Shown here in pieces: positions 52,018-64,000 of a DNA stretch of 64,000 nt (positions are counted from its first letter, which is position 1; each line of letters begins with the position of its first letter). The notes beneath the pieces are model-generated. The model saw only the letters and a list, made by a program, of their open reading frames with translations, was not told the DNA's origin and searched no databases. The stretch lies in the NCBI GenBank assembly GCA_964202905.1, contig CAXNJO010000012.1, positions 32,001 to 96,000 of the forward strand. Direction: 5' to 3'. This stretch comes from Polyangiales bacterium (GTDB taxonomy: Bacteria > Myxococcota_A > Polyangia > Polyangiales > JADJQN01). The translations under genes were made by a program, and so were the position numbers.

Positions 52018-54288
52018 ATGACCCTCCGCCTGCCCCGCCCGCTCCGGCCCGCGCTCACCGCGCTGCTCCCGCTCGCCGCCCTCGGGGCCGGGGCGCTCAC
52101 CGCGCACGCCGTCACGACGCGCACCTTCGTCGTCGAGGACCACACGGGCTTCGCCGCCGGCGAGCTGACGCGCGCGGCGGCCTTCTCCGACGGGACCGTG
52201 CGCGCCTCGGTCGACGTGCGACGCCTGCCCCTCGCGGACACCTCGGTCGCCTGGTCGCTCGCGCGCGCGGCGGACGGCACCGCGTACATCGGGACGGGCA
52301 ACGACGGCCGCATCTGGCGCCTGCGCGGCGACGAGCTCGCGCCCTTCGCGGAGACGGGCCAGCTCGTCGTCTCCTCGCTCGCGCTCACCGACGACGGCAC
52401 CCTCTACGCCGGCACGCTCCCCGAGGGCCGCATCTTCGCCGTCGACACGCGCGCGACGGCCCCCGTCACCGCGCGCCCGCTCGCGCAGCCCGCCGGCGCG
52501 CAGCACGTCTGGGCGCTCCGCTGGGACCCGCGCCGCCGCACCCTCTTCGCGGGCACCGGCCCCGAGGGCAAGGTCTTCGCGGTCTCGCCGCAGGGGCAGG
52601 CCGAGGTCTGGCTCGACGCGGAGCCCGCGCACGTCATGAGCCTCGCGCTCGAGCCGGGCGGTCCCCTCTACGCGGGCACGAGCGACGGCGCGCTCGTCCT
52701 CAAGGTGACCGCGGCGGGCCGCAGCGAGGTGCTCTTCGATCTGCCGGGCACCGAGGTCGACGCGCTCGCGTTGCGCGACGGCACGCTCGCGGCCGTCGCG
52801 AACGAGTTCCCCGAGCCGCCCGGCGCGATGGCCCCCCCCGCGTCGCCGTCCCCCGCGACCTCGGCCCGCCCGACCCCGCCGCGCGCCCGCGCCGGCAAGG
52901 GCAAGGTCTTCCACCTCGATCCCGACGGCCGCGCCGAGCTCGTGCTCTCGAGCGACGACGGCCACTTCACCAGCGTCGAGCTCACGGCGGACGGCACCAC
53001 CTACGCGGGCTCCGGCAAGGATGGCCGCGTGCTCCGTGTGCTGCCTGATCACTCGACGGCGACGTGGATCGACGTCGACGAGCGGCAGGTCCTCGCGATC
53101 GACCTCGGCGGCGCCGATCCGCTCTTCGTCACCGGCGACGTCGCCGCCGTCTACCGCGTCGCGCCGGGCACGCCCGCGCAGGCCGAGTGGACCAGCAAGG
53201 TGCTCGACGCCGGCGTCCGCGCGCGCTTCGGGCAGCTCACGTTCCGCGGCGAGGGCGCGCTCGCGGTGCAGACGCGCTCGGGCAACACGGAGCGCCAGGA
53301 CACCACGTGGAGCGAGTGGTCGGCCACGACGACCTCGCCCGGCCCGATCCGCAGCCCCGCTGCGCGCTTCCTGCAGATCCGCGCGCGCCTCGGCGCGCCC
53401 GACGCCCTCCTCCGCAGCGTGACGGCCTGGTATCTCCCGCAGAACCAGCGCGCGTCGGTGCGCGACGTCGCGATGGCCCCGCACCGCGCAGGCCGCGACG
53501 CGAGCGCCGCCGACGACGTCCCCGCCCCCTCGACGCAGTACCGCATCTCGTGGCGCGTGGAGAACCCCGACGGCGACCGCCTGCGCTTCCGCGTCGCCTT
53601 CCGCAGCGAGGCGGGCGCGCCGGAGCAGCAGGTCTGGCGTGAGATCCTGCGCGAGAGCGACGTCCACACCCGCCTCGAACACACCTGGGAGACGAGCGGC
53701 GTGCCCGACGGCTGGTACCGCCTGCGGGTCCGCGCGACGGACGAGCCCGCCAACCCAGCGCCCTACGCGCTCGAGCACACCGCGGAGTCCGGCCCCGTGC
53801 TCGTCGACAACCACGCGCCGCGCCTCGAGCCCCTCACCCCCTCGGGCACCACGCTGCGCGGCCGCGCGATCGACGACGCTTCCGCGATCGCGCGCCTCGA
53901 GCTGAGCGTCGACGGCGGCGAGTGGCACCTCTTCTTCCCCGACGACGACCTCCTCGACACGCAGGCCGAGTCCTTCACGCTCGACCTCACCGCGCTCGCG
54001 CTCTCGCCGGGCACGCACGTCCTCGCCGTCCGCGCCCTCGACGGCGGCGGCAACGCGGCGAGCGTCGATGCCGTCGTGCGCGATCGCCCGAGCCGACCGC
54101 GACCGGGCCGACCGCGACCGGCGCCGCGACCGGGCGCATTCGTCGCTGAGGATTCCGACGCGACGCTGCCGGACGCCGCGTTCACGTCACCGCAGCATCG
54201 GCCGCGCGGCGAAGAAGAATGGGGCTCGCGTAGCGTGAAGCGGCGTGCTAGGGACGCAGCTTGCTTGAACGTCATTCAACGCGCGTGA
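52018..54288 (+). CDS. Secreted beta-propeller plus Ig/FN3-like protein (3' end possibly frameshifted near 54080)
   Basis: Signal AHA, repeats YIGTGNDGRIW/YAGTLPEGRIF/FAGTGPEGKVF, TRSGNT..WSEWS, PDGWYRLRVRATD. Confidence 0.8.
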   Translation: MTLRLPRPLRPALTALLPLAALGAGALTAHAVTTRTFVVEDHTGFAAGELTRAAAFSDGTVRASVDVRRLPLADTSVAWSLARAADGTAYIGTGNDGRIWRLRGDELAPFAETGQLVVSSLALTDDGTLYAGTLPEGRIFAVDTRATAPVTARPLAQPAGAQHVWALRWDPRRRTLFAGTGPEGKVFAVSPQGQAEVWLDAEPAHVMSLALEPGGPLYAGTSDGALVLKVTAAGRSEVLFDLPGTEVDALALRDGTLAAVANEFPEPPGAMAPPASPSPATSARPTPPRARAGKGKVFHLDPDGRAELVLSSDDGHFTSVELTADGTTYAGSGKDGRVLRVLPDHSTATWIDVDERQVLAIDLGGADPLFVTGDVAAVYRVAPGTPAQAEWTSKVLDAGVRARFGQLTFRGEGALAVQTRSGNTERQDTTWSEWSATTTSPGPIRSPAARFLQIRARLGAPDALLRSVTAWYLPQNQRASVRDVAMAPHRAGRDASAADDVPAPSTQYRISWRVENPDGDRLRFRVAFRSEAGAPEQQVWREILRESDVHTRLEHTWETSGVPDGWYRLRVRATDEPANPAPYALEHTAESGPVLVDNHAPRLEPLTPSGTTLRGRAIDDASAIARLELSVDGGEWHLFFPDDDLLDTQAESFTLDLTALALSPGTHVLAVRALDGGGNAASVDAVVRDRPSRPRPGRPRPAPRPGAFVAEDSDATLPDAAFTSPQHRPRGEEEWGSRSVKRRARDAACLNVIQRA

Positions 54289-54361
54289 TACAAGCAGCCC
54301 CGCGCCCGAAGGCTCCCGGCTCGGCATCACGGGCGGCGAAACTCAGGAGACAGGTAGGAAC

Positions 54362-55333
54362 ATGAACTTCAAGAAACTGCTCGTGTGTGCGGGTCTCGTC
54401 AGTGTCTCGGCTTTCGGTGTCGGCTGCGGTGGCGATGACGACGGCGGCACGACGCCGCCCCCGCCGCCGCCGCCGCCCCCCGCCTGCACCGCGGCGGATC
54501 TCGCCTCGGGCATGTCGAAGGTCTACGTGATCAACGTCCTGTCGCTCGCGGGCCCCGAGGGTGACGCGCCCCCGTTCACCTCGGCGGGCTACAACGTCGA
54601 CAGCGACGCCGCGGTCGCGTGCAACATGCACGTCCCCGGCGAGACGGCCGAGTTCGCGGGCCAGGCCCCCGACAACGGCAGCGGCATCGACAACGCGCTC
54701 GGCGGCGACCTCGGCAACCTCGCGAACTCCTCGCTGCAGGACAGCGTCGACGACGCGAGCGTCCTCCTCCTCGTCGAGGTCAAGGGCGTCGACAACTTCA
54801 CCAACGACAACTGCGTCGGCGTGAACTTCTTCCTCGGCGCGCTGCCCGCCGGCACGATGGCCCCGATGCTCGGCGCGGACGGCCACATCGCCCCCGGCCA
54901 GACCTTCGACCTCTCGGCTGACTCCTTCGCGGACGGCATGGCGGGCACGATGCCGCGCATCCAGTTCGGCTCGGCGCGCATCGTCGCGGGCCGCCTCCAG
55001 GCAGGCCCGGCCGACTTCCCGCTCGCGCTCAACCTCCTCGGCGCCGAGCTCAACCTCACCATCAAGGACGCGCAGCTCCGCTTCGACATCACCGAGTCGA
55101 CGATGTCGGTCGGCGTGCTCGGCGGCTCGCTCAACACCGCGCAGGTCATCATGACCGTCAACAGCATCCCGGACCTCGCGATGTACGCGTCGGTCGTCGA
55201 GGACACCCTCACGGGCCTCGCGGACATCGACGAGAACGGCAGCCCCGACAGCTGCGAGGCGGGCTCCATCGCGCTCAAGCTGAGCGGCGTGTCAGCGACC
55301 CGCGGCGCGGTCGTCGCCGGCGCGGCGCCGTGA
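54362..55333 (+). CDS. Lipoprotein, unknown function
   Basis: SD-like AGGA, lipobox GVGC, poly-Pro linker, GIDNALG. Confidence 0.88.
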   Translation: MNFKKLLVCAGLVSVSAFGVGCGGDDDGGTTPPPPPPPPPACTAADLASGMSKVYVINVLSLAGPEGDAPPFTSAGYNVDSDAAVACNMHVPGETAEFAGQAPDNGSGIDNALGGDLGNLANSSLQDSVDDASVLLLVEVKGVDNFTNDNCVGVNFFLGALPAGTMAPMLGADGHIAPGQTFDLSADSFADGMAGTMPRIQFGSARIVAGRLQAGPADFPLALNLLGAELNLTIKDAQLRFDITESTMSVGVLGGSLNTAQVIMTVNSIPDLAMYASVVEDTLTGLADIDENGSPDSCEAGSIALKLSGVSATRGAVVAGAAP

Positions 55334-55401
55334 GTGGTGCGACGCGCGCCGCCTGCGGGCGCGCGCACTGAGCCTCCCCCACCGGGAGGCCGGCGCGACG
55401 A

Positions 55402-55436
55402 GACGGGAGGCCCGCGAGGGTCTCCCGTTTTGCTTT
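55402..55436 (+). terminator. Intrinsic terminator
   Basis: GACGGGAGGCCC-GCGA-GGGTCTCCCGTT followed by TTGCTTT. Confidence 0.8.
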
Positions 55437-55656
55437 CCGTCGGGCGCCGCGCCGGCGAATCACCGTCCTCCCTCCGACACGCCGACGGCTCCGCCGCCGT
55501 GCGCCGCAACGTGTGATCGGGGGCTGTACCCCACGGCTTCCGCCCCCCGAGGTGTGCGCGGGTCCCGCCGCGCGGCACACCAAAATCACGCACGGGCCCC
55601 AATACGCGGTTGATCCCCGGCGTCGCAGCCCCGAGAATCGCGCGCGGAGGCAGCCG

Positions 55657-58499
55657 ATGGGAATCCCGAGCCCCGATGGGGGCGCGAAGCAACAGGGCGG
55701 AGGCGGGGGCGGTGCGGGGGGTCGGCCTCCCGAACGCGTGATCCCCTTCGGCAAATACCAGCTGCTCGAGCGCGTGAGCGTCGGCGGCATGGCGGAGGTC
55801 TTCAAGGCCAAGAGCTTCGGCATCGAGGGCTTCGAGAAGATCCTCGCGGTCAAGCGGATCCTGCCGACGATGGCCGAGGACGGCGACTTCATCGAGATGT
55901 TCATCGATGAGGCGAAGATCGCCGGCCAACTGAGCCACGCCAACATCTGCCCGATCTACGAGCTCGGGAAGGTCGGCGACTCGCACTACATCGCGATGGA
56001 GTTCGTCTGGGGCAAGGACCTGCTCCAGCTGATGAACCGCTTCCGCAAGATGCGGAAGCACATGCCGCCGGCGATGGTGGCGTGGATCGGCGCGAAGGTC
56101 TGCGAAGGCCTCGATTACGCGCACCGCAAGCGCGATCGCAACGGCAACCCGATGAACATCATCCATCGGGACATGTCACCGCAGAACGTCCTCGTCTCGT
56201 ACGAGGGTCAGGTCAAGATCATCGACTTCGGCATCGCCAAGGCCGCGTCGCGGACGACGAAGACGCAGGCCGGCGTGCTTAAGGGCAAGTTCGGCTACAT
56301 GAGCCCCGAGCAGGTGCGCGGGCTGCCGGTCGACGCGCGCAGCGACCTCTTCGCCATCGGCACGTGCATGCACGAGATGTCGACGGGCGAGCGCCTCTTC
56401 CTCGGTGAGAGCGACTTCACGACCCTCGAGAAGGTGCGCAACGCCGAGGTGCCGCCGCCCTCGCGCGGGCTGCAGGATTACCCGCCCGAGCTCGAGCGGA
56501 TCGTCATGAAGGCGCTCACGCTCGACGTGGGCGATCGCTGGAGCAGCGCCGCGGAGATGCAGGAGGCGCTGCAGCGCTTCCTCGCCTCGCAGAAGCCGCC
56601 CTACGGCACCTCGAAGCTCGCCGCGTGGATGAAGACGGCCTTCGCCGCCGAGCTCGCCGCCGAGAAGGAGCGCATGCAGGCATACCAGACGGCCGCCCGC
56701 ACGGCACCGCCGTCGGCGCCCCCCGCTGCGCCCGCCGGCCTCCCACGCCCGCGCATGCCCGCGATGCTGGGCCTCGGCGGCGCGCCCGCGCTCGACGCGC
56801 CCACGCTCCGACCGCCGCTTCGCAAGGCGGCCGCCGCGCCCGCGGCCGTCGCGCCGATGGAGACGTCACAGCTCGACACCGCCGACCTCGCCGCCGCCGA
56901 CGAGGACATGGACGAGCTCGCCGGCGAGAAGACGATGGTCGGCTCGTCGCTCTTCGACGACGACGCCGGCCCGACGACGGACCTCCCCGAGCAGCCCACC
57001 CAGATCTTTTTCAGCGCGGACGAACTCGTCGAAGCCGAGGCGCCCGCGGCACCGCGGCCGTCGTCGGGATCCGGCGCCGCCGGGGTCGAGGTCGCGCACG
57101 GCGAACTCTTCGGCGCCGCGCCCGCCGCGGCGCAGCGCGTTTTCCCCGCCCCGCAAGCGCGCGCCTCGCTCCGCCCGGCGCCCCAGGCAGCCCCCGCCTT
57201 CCAGCCGCCCGCGCCGGCCGCGCAGTCGTCGCCCACCTTCCAGCCGCCCGCGCCTGCCTTCCAGCCGCCGCAGGCCCCGCTCTTCGTGGGGTCCGAGCCC
57301 CACGGTGCGGCGCCGGGTCTCCCCTTCAACCCGCAGCAGCCGCTCACCGGCTACGCCCCCCCCGCGGGACCCGTCACACCGCACGGCTTCGCCTCGCCGC
57401 CGAGCGCCGCCAAACCCGCGCCGCAGTCCGGCGGGCGCGGCCAGCTCGTGGCCATCGCGCTCGCGGCGGTGGTGCTCATCGCGGCGGGCGCGGGCATCGC
57501 GGTGCTGCTCTTCGGTCGTCCCGCCGGCGGGACGGTCGAGGTGCAGACGATCCCCGCCGTCCCGGGCGACATCTACGTCGACGGGACGCTCCTCGGGCAG
57601 GCGCCGAAGCGACTCGAGCCCGTGCCGCCCGGCGAGCACGTCATCGAGGTGCGCGCAGCCGGCTACACGCCTGCGCTGCGCCGCGTGACCGTCACCGCCG
57701 GCAACACGATGATGATGGAGATCGCGATGATCGCGTCGGCGCCGGCCGCCGCGCCGCCCAGCGCGCTCGCTCTCGGCGCTGGCCCCAGCCCCGCGCCGCT
57801 CGGCGTCGTCTCGCCGCTCCCCGGCCTGCCCATGCCCGCCGCCCCGCTCCCGCCGGACCCGATGGCGCAGCTCCCAGGGGCGCTGCTCCCCGGTGCGCCA
57901 CTTCCCGGTGCGCTGCTTCCCGGTGCGCCGCCCGCCGGTGCAGCGAGCCCGGCCGTCGCCGCCATCGTCCCGCCGGCCCCCGCACCGGCGCCCACGCCGA
58001 TGCCCCTCGCGCTGCCGCCGGTCCCCACCCCGGCCCCCACAGCCCCGCGCCCGCGGCCGCCGCACCGACGCCCGTCCCTGCCCCGCCGCGCGCCGCTGCG
58101 CAGGTTCCCGCGCAACCAGCCTCCGCCCCGCAGCGGGCGGCCGCGCCGACGCCGGCCCCCGCGCGAGCACCGACGCCCCTGCCTTCGCGCGCCGAGCCAC
58201 TCCGGGCCGCCCCCGAGCGGACGGCCCCGACGCGCACTGCGCCGACCCGCACGGCCCCCGAGGCGGCGCCCGAGCCGAGCAGCGCGCGTGGCGGCATGGG
58301 CACGCTCGCGATCAGCACCCAGCCCTGGGCGCGCGTCTTCCTGGACGGGCGCGACACCCGGCGCGACACCCCCGTCCGCGACCTCCGCGCGCGCGCCGGA
58401 CACCACACGATCGGGCTCCGCAAGCCCGATGGATCGATGGTCAACGTCGAGGTCGACGTCGTCGCCAACGAGACGACGACCGTCATCCGCCGGCTCTGA
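55657..58499 (+). CDS. Membrane Ser/Thr protein kinase with two PEGA domains, frameshift near 58040
   Basis: GGMAEVF, AVK, HRDMSPQN, DFGIAK, YMSPEQ; TM; PEGA-like IYVDG..GEHVIEV and QPWARVFLDG..GHHTI. Confidence 0.93.
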
Positions 58500-58612
58500 T
58501 CGGCCCCCTTCGTCGCCGTCCGCGCTGAATCGCCATTCAGCGCCGGCGCGCTCCGACCGGCGCAGCGTGCGGCAGGTGCGGCAGCGCGGGCGGCCACGAG
58601 CAGCGCGCCCGG

Positions 58613-59881
58613 TCAGCGCTTCGTGCGCGGGGCGCGGGGCGGCGCGGGCGGTGTGAGGCTCGCGCGGCCCGCCGGCGCCGCCGGAGGCACGCTCGCGCGG
58701 GGCGGCGCGGGCGGCGTCAGGCTCGTGCGGCCCGCTGGCGGCGCGGGAGGGACGCTCGCGCGCGTCCCGGGCGAGCTCGCGCGCTGCGCGGAGCGGCCGA
58801 GTTCGCGGCGCGTCGGCGCGGCCGTCCCGAGTTTCAGGCGCCGCATGACGGCGACCTTCTGACGGTCCTTGTAGGCCGCGTGACTCGCGTCGCCGAGCTC
58901 GTTGCCCTGCTCGGTCTCGCGATCGATGACCTGGAACTCCGTCTGCGCGAACACGACGGAGCCGAGAGCGCGCGCGCCCGGCGGGGCCTGCTCGAGCAGC
59001 GCCGGCGGCACGCGCAGGGGCATGTCCACGACGAAGTGCGTGACCCGGTAGGTCGAGGCCGTGAAGCGGTTGTCGAGCGTGCTCTGCAGGTCCTCGGTCT
59101 CGAGCGGCATCTGCAGGCGTGGCAACAGCGCGCGCAGGTGCGGGTTCGACTCGCTGTACGAGCGGAAGTGCAGCAGCGTGTTCGTCGACTGCCCGGGGAT
59201 CACGTAGTTGAACGGGAAGACGTGACGCATCAAGTAGTTCAGCGTCGGGAAGATGTCGTCCGGCGTGCGTGTGACGATGCGGAAGCGGACCTTGTCGTAG
59301 ATCTGCGCCGCGAGGACCTCGCGCTTCGAGAGCAGCTTCGTGTAGAGGCTGTCCTTGTTTTTTCGGCCGCCGATGAACTCGAGGATCGGGAAGCCCCGCG
59401 CGAGCATGCCGCCGATCACGCGATAGACCTTCTCCTCAACGAGGTGGAAGATCTCCTGGTCGGACACGGGCAGCATGAAGAGCAGCTCGCGCGCCTCGAG
59501 ATGATGGATGATGTGCATCAGCTTGAGGATCGTGCAGGCGCAGAGCTGCCGATGCCCCGTGCCGCTCGCCAACATCAGCAACCCGACGAGGTCGAGCTGC
59601 GCGACGGGCTTGGGCACCGGGAAGTCGAAGTTGCGGCGCAGATAGCTGATGGCCGCGTCGCGCACGGCCTCGATGCGCGCGCGGTCGGCCGGGTCGTCGA
59701 GCCGGAACTCCTGCGCGGCCGCGAACTCGCGAGCCTCGCGCTCCGAGGCGAAGTTCAGCCGGTGCCAGTCGATGACGGAGCCGCCGCGGAGCAGCACGCG
59801 CACGCCCTCGAGGTCGGAGAGCGAGAAGCGCTCGAGGGCGCGGAACTCGTGGACGGGATCGACCTCGGCCGGAGGGGTCAT
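58613..59881 (-). CDS. TIGR04552-like protein (RelA/SpoT synthetase-like motifs)
   Basis: LRGGSVIDW, RKNKDSLYTKLLSK, IYDKVRFRIV, FPFNYVIPGQS, EFQVID, SHAAYK. Confidence 0.8.
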   Translation of the reverse strand: MTPPAEVDPVHEFRALERFSLSDLEGVRVLLRGGSVIDWHRLNFASEREAREFAAAQEFRLDDPADRARIEAVRDAAISYLRRNFDFPVPKPVAQLDLVGLLMLASGTGHRQLCACTILKLMHIIHHLEARELLFMLPVSDQEIFHLVEEKVYRVIGGMLARGFPILEFIGGRKNKDSLYTKLLSKREVLAAQIYDKVRFRIVTRTPDDIFPTLNYLMRHVFPFNYVIPGQSTNTLLHFRSYSESNPHLRALLPRLQMPLETEDLQSTLDNRFTASTYRVTHFVVDMPLRVPPALLEQAPPGARALGSVVFAQTEFQVIDRETEQGNELGDASHAAYKDRQKVAVMRRLKLGTAAPTRRELGRSAQRASSPGTRASVPPAPPAGRTSLTPPAPPRASVPPAAPAGRASLTPPAPPRAPRTKR

Positions 59882-59900
59882 CGGCCGAAGATAAACGACC

Positions 59901-60092
59901 TCAGGTGTTCTTGCTGCCGCTTGCGCTGCGCGTCGCGGCGCTGCGGGCATCGGCGCTGCGGCCGAGCGTGAGCGTCCCGTAGAAGATGCCGACCGTCATG
60001 CCGAGCACGATGAGGTTCCCGACGAACGCGCCGTTGCAGCCCGCGAGCGCGAGCGTGGTGAAGAGGAGCGTGAAAGTCGTGGTCCGCGTCAT
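59901..60092 (-). CDS. 63-aa small lipoprotein/membrane peptide
   Basis: SD GAGGGAG; MTRTTTFTLLFTTLALAGC followed by a second hydrophobic helix. Confidence 0.65.
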   Translation of the reverse strand: MTRTTTFTLLFTTLALAGCNGAFVGNLIVLGMTVGIFYGTLTLGRSADARSAATRSASGSKNT

Positions 60093-60326
60093 GCGCTGTC
60101 TCCCTCGGGGGCTGCCCGGTTGATGCAGGGTGGTGTAGGACACCATCGTACAGATCGCCGGGCGGGGGCCAATTTCTATCAAACGACCTCGCTGGGCGCC
60201 AGCGCGATCGGCGGCGACGCGGCCTCGACCCCGCACGGTGTCGCGCCCCTCCGGCACGCGTCCGGCGCTGCCCGGCGGGTGCTCACGCTTGCGCCGGCCC
60301 GTGGGGGAGGGGACACTGCGACGCCC

Positions 60327-62702
<2,376 letters not shown>

Positions 62703-62705
62703 GCC

Positions 62706-64000
62706 TTGCGGACGCTCTTCAGGCTGCGCAGCCTCCGGGTCGCGCTCGCCTTGGGCGCGCTCGCTGGGCTGGTCCTCGCCGCGCTCCCGCTCGCGGGCAC
62801 GCTCGGCCCCGAGAGCGCGCTCGTCCTCGCGCTGCTGCTCGCGCCTCCATGCGCGGCGCTCGGCGCCGCCGTCGTCCAAGACGCGCGGCGCCGCGGCGTC
62901 GCCGAGCCGACCGCGACGCTCGTCGCCCGCGCGCTCGGCGGCGCGATCGGCGTGGTCGCCGTGCCGCTCGGCCTGCTGCTGCTGAACCTGCTGCGCATGC
63001 CAGCCTGCGCGCCGCTCGCGGGCCTCGGCTTCGAGCTGATCGGCCCCGTCGCGGGCGTGCTCGTCGCCGCGACGCTCGGCATCTGGGCGGGCACGCTCGG
63101 GCGCACGCCGCGGGGCGCCGTGCTCGTCGCCGCAGCGCTGCCCATCGGCGAGATGCTGCTCGCGCTCCATCGCTTCCGCGCGAGCCCCGCGATCTTCGCG
63201 TACGGACACGTCTTCGGCTGGTTTCCCGGCACGCTCTACGACGAGGGCACGCACATCGGCTCCCCCTTCGTCGCGCTGCGCGTCGGTTCGCTCGCGCTCG
63301 TCGGTGCGCTGATCGCGGCACACGCGGCGCTCGTCGACCCCCTCACGCAGCGCGTCTCGCGCGCGCAGGCCGCGCGGCACCCCGGGCGCCTCGGCCTCGC
63401 CCTCCTCCTTCTCGCGGGCTTCGTCGCCGTCGAGGGCCACGCGGAGGCCCTCGGCCTGCGCGCGAGCGCCGCATCGATCCGCGGCGTACTCGGCGGGCGC
63501 GCCGACGCCGGACGCTGCACGGCGATCGTCCCGCGCGAACTCCCGCGCGCCGAGGCGGCGCTGCTCGCGGAGGACTGCGCGTTCCGCCTGACGCAGCTCG
63601 AGCGGACGCTCGGCGTCCGGCCGGGCGGGCGTGTGACGGCCTATTTCTTCCGCAACACCGAGGAGAAGCGCGCGCAGATGGGCGCTGGCGATACGTACAT
63701 CGCGAAGCCCTGGCGCCGTGAGGTCTACCTGCAACTCGGCGAGTGGCCACACCCGGTCCTCGCGCACGAACTCGCCCACGTCGTCGCCGGCGACGCGGCG
63801 AGCGGGCCGTTCCGCGTGGGCGGCTCGCTCGGCGGGTTGCTCCCGGACGCCGGGATGATCGAGGGCGTCGCGGTCGCCCTCGCCTGGGCAGAGCGCGACG
63901 GCCTGACACCACACGAGTGGGCGCGCGCGATGCTCGCGCTCGGCATCGCCCCGACGATCGACGCGACGCGCGGGTTGGCCTTCCTCCTCGAGCCCGCCGG
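62706..64000 (+). CDS. Polytopic membrane protein with gluzincin metallopeptidase domain (partial)
   Basis: My translation from TTG 62706: several TMs, FPGTLYDE, in-frame VLAHELAHV (63765) and MIEGVAVA; runs off the window. Confidence 0.8.
   Translation, partial: MRTLFRLRSLRVALALGALAGLVLAALPLAGTLGPESALVLALLLAPPCAALGAAVVQDARRRGVAEPTATLVARALGGAIGVVAVPLGLLLLNLLRMPACAPLAGLGFELIGPVAGVLVAATLGIWAGTLGRTPRGAVLVAAALPIGEMLLALHRFRASPAIFAYGHVFGWFPGTLYDEGTHIGSPFVALRVGSLALVGALIAAHAALVDPLTQRVSRAQAARHPGRLGLALLLLAGFVAVEGHAEALGLRASAASIRGVLGGRADAGRCTAIVPRELPRAEAALLAEDCAFRLTQLERTLGVRPGGRVTAYFFRNTEEKRAQMGAGDTYIAKPWRREVYLQLGEWPHPVLAHELAHVVAGDAASGPFRVGGSLGGLLPDAGMIEGVAVALAWAERDGLTPHEWARAMLALGIAPTIDATRGLAFLLEPA

Noticed and set aside
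54290..54360. Possible riboswitch before the lipoprotein gene
   Set aside because: No aptamer consensus recognised; an Rfam covariance search would be needed

Overview
Very GC-rich bacterial DNA, almost certainly a myxobacterium (Polyangiales/Sandaracinaceae-like, judged from a MYXO-CTERM tail, a TonB-fused TonB-dependent receptor, a PEGA Ser/Thr kinase and many Cys-rich lipoproteins). About 50 CDS; no rRNA, tRNA, CRISPR or mobile element recognised. At least 12 genes carry single-base frameshifts, probably long-read assembly errors. In order: biotin carboxylase divergent from a DisA_N-type diadenylate-cyclase-like gene, a lipoprotein and Kup; a divergent pair of Cys-rich lipoproteins (one with 9 ADAM/disintegrin-like repeats); a Fur/Zur-family metal-starvation locus with four TGCA-N7-TGCA-like boxes, an apparently complete TBDR/lipoprotein arm and a decayed arm (NiCoT::CobW chimera, shortened DUF1826 and MerC-like genes); POT transporter, BoxD/PaaZ-like ALDH and ACT protein; a 24.5-kb minus-strand run with a receptor-less Che cluster (cheB-cheA-cheW-cheR-cheX-RR-HDOD-cytochrome c) followed by a MoxR/VWA/DUF58/ABC cluster; MFS, HAD and REC genes; an apparently circularly permuted SpoIVB/S55 peptidase with a beta-propeller partner; a lipoprotein, a Ser/Thr kinase, a TIGR04552-like protein with RelA/SpoT-synthetase-like motifs, a small lipoprotein, Lon and a membrane gluzincin. 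Many genes show a TAnnnT-N6-9-start leaderless layout. All family calls come from motif recognition by eye, not database searches.
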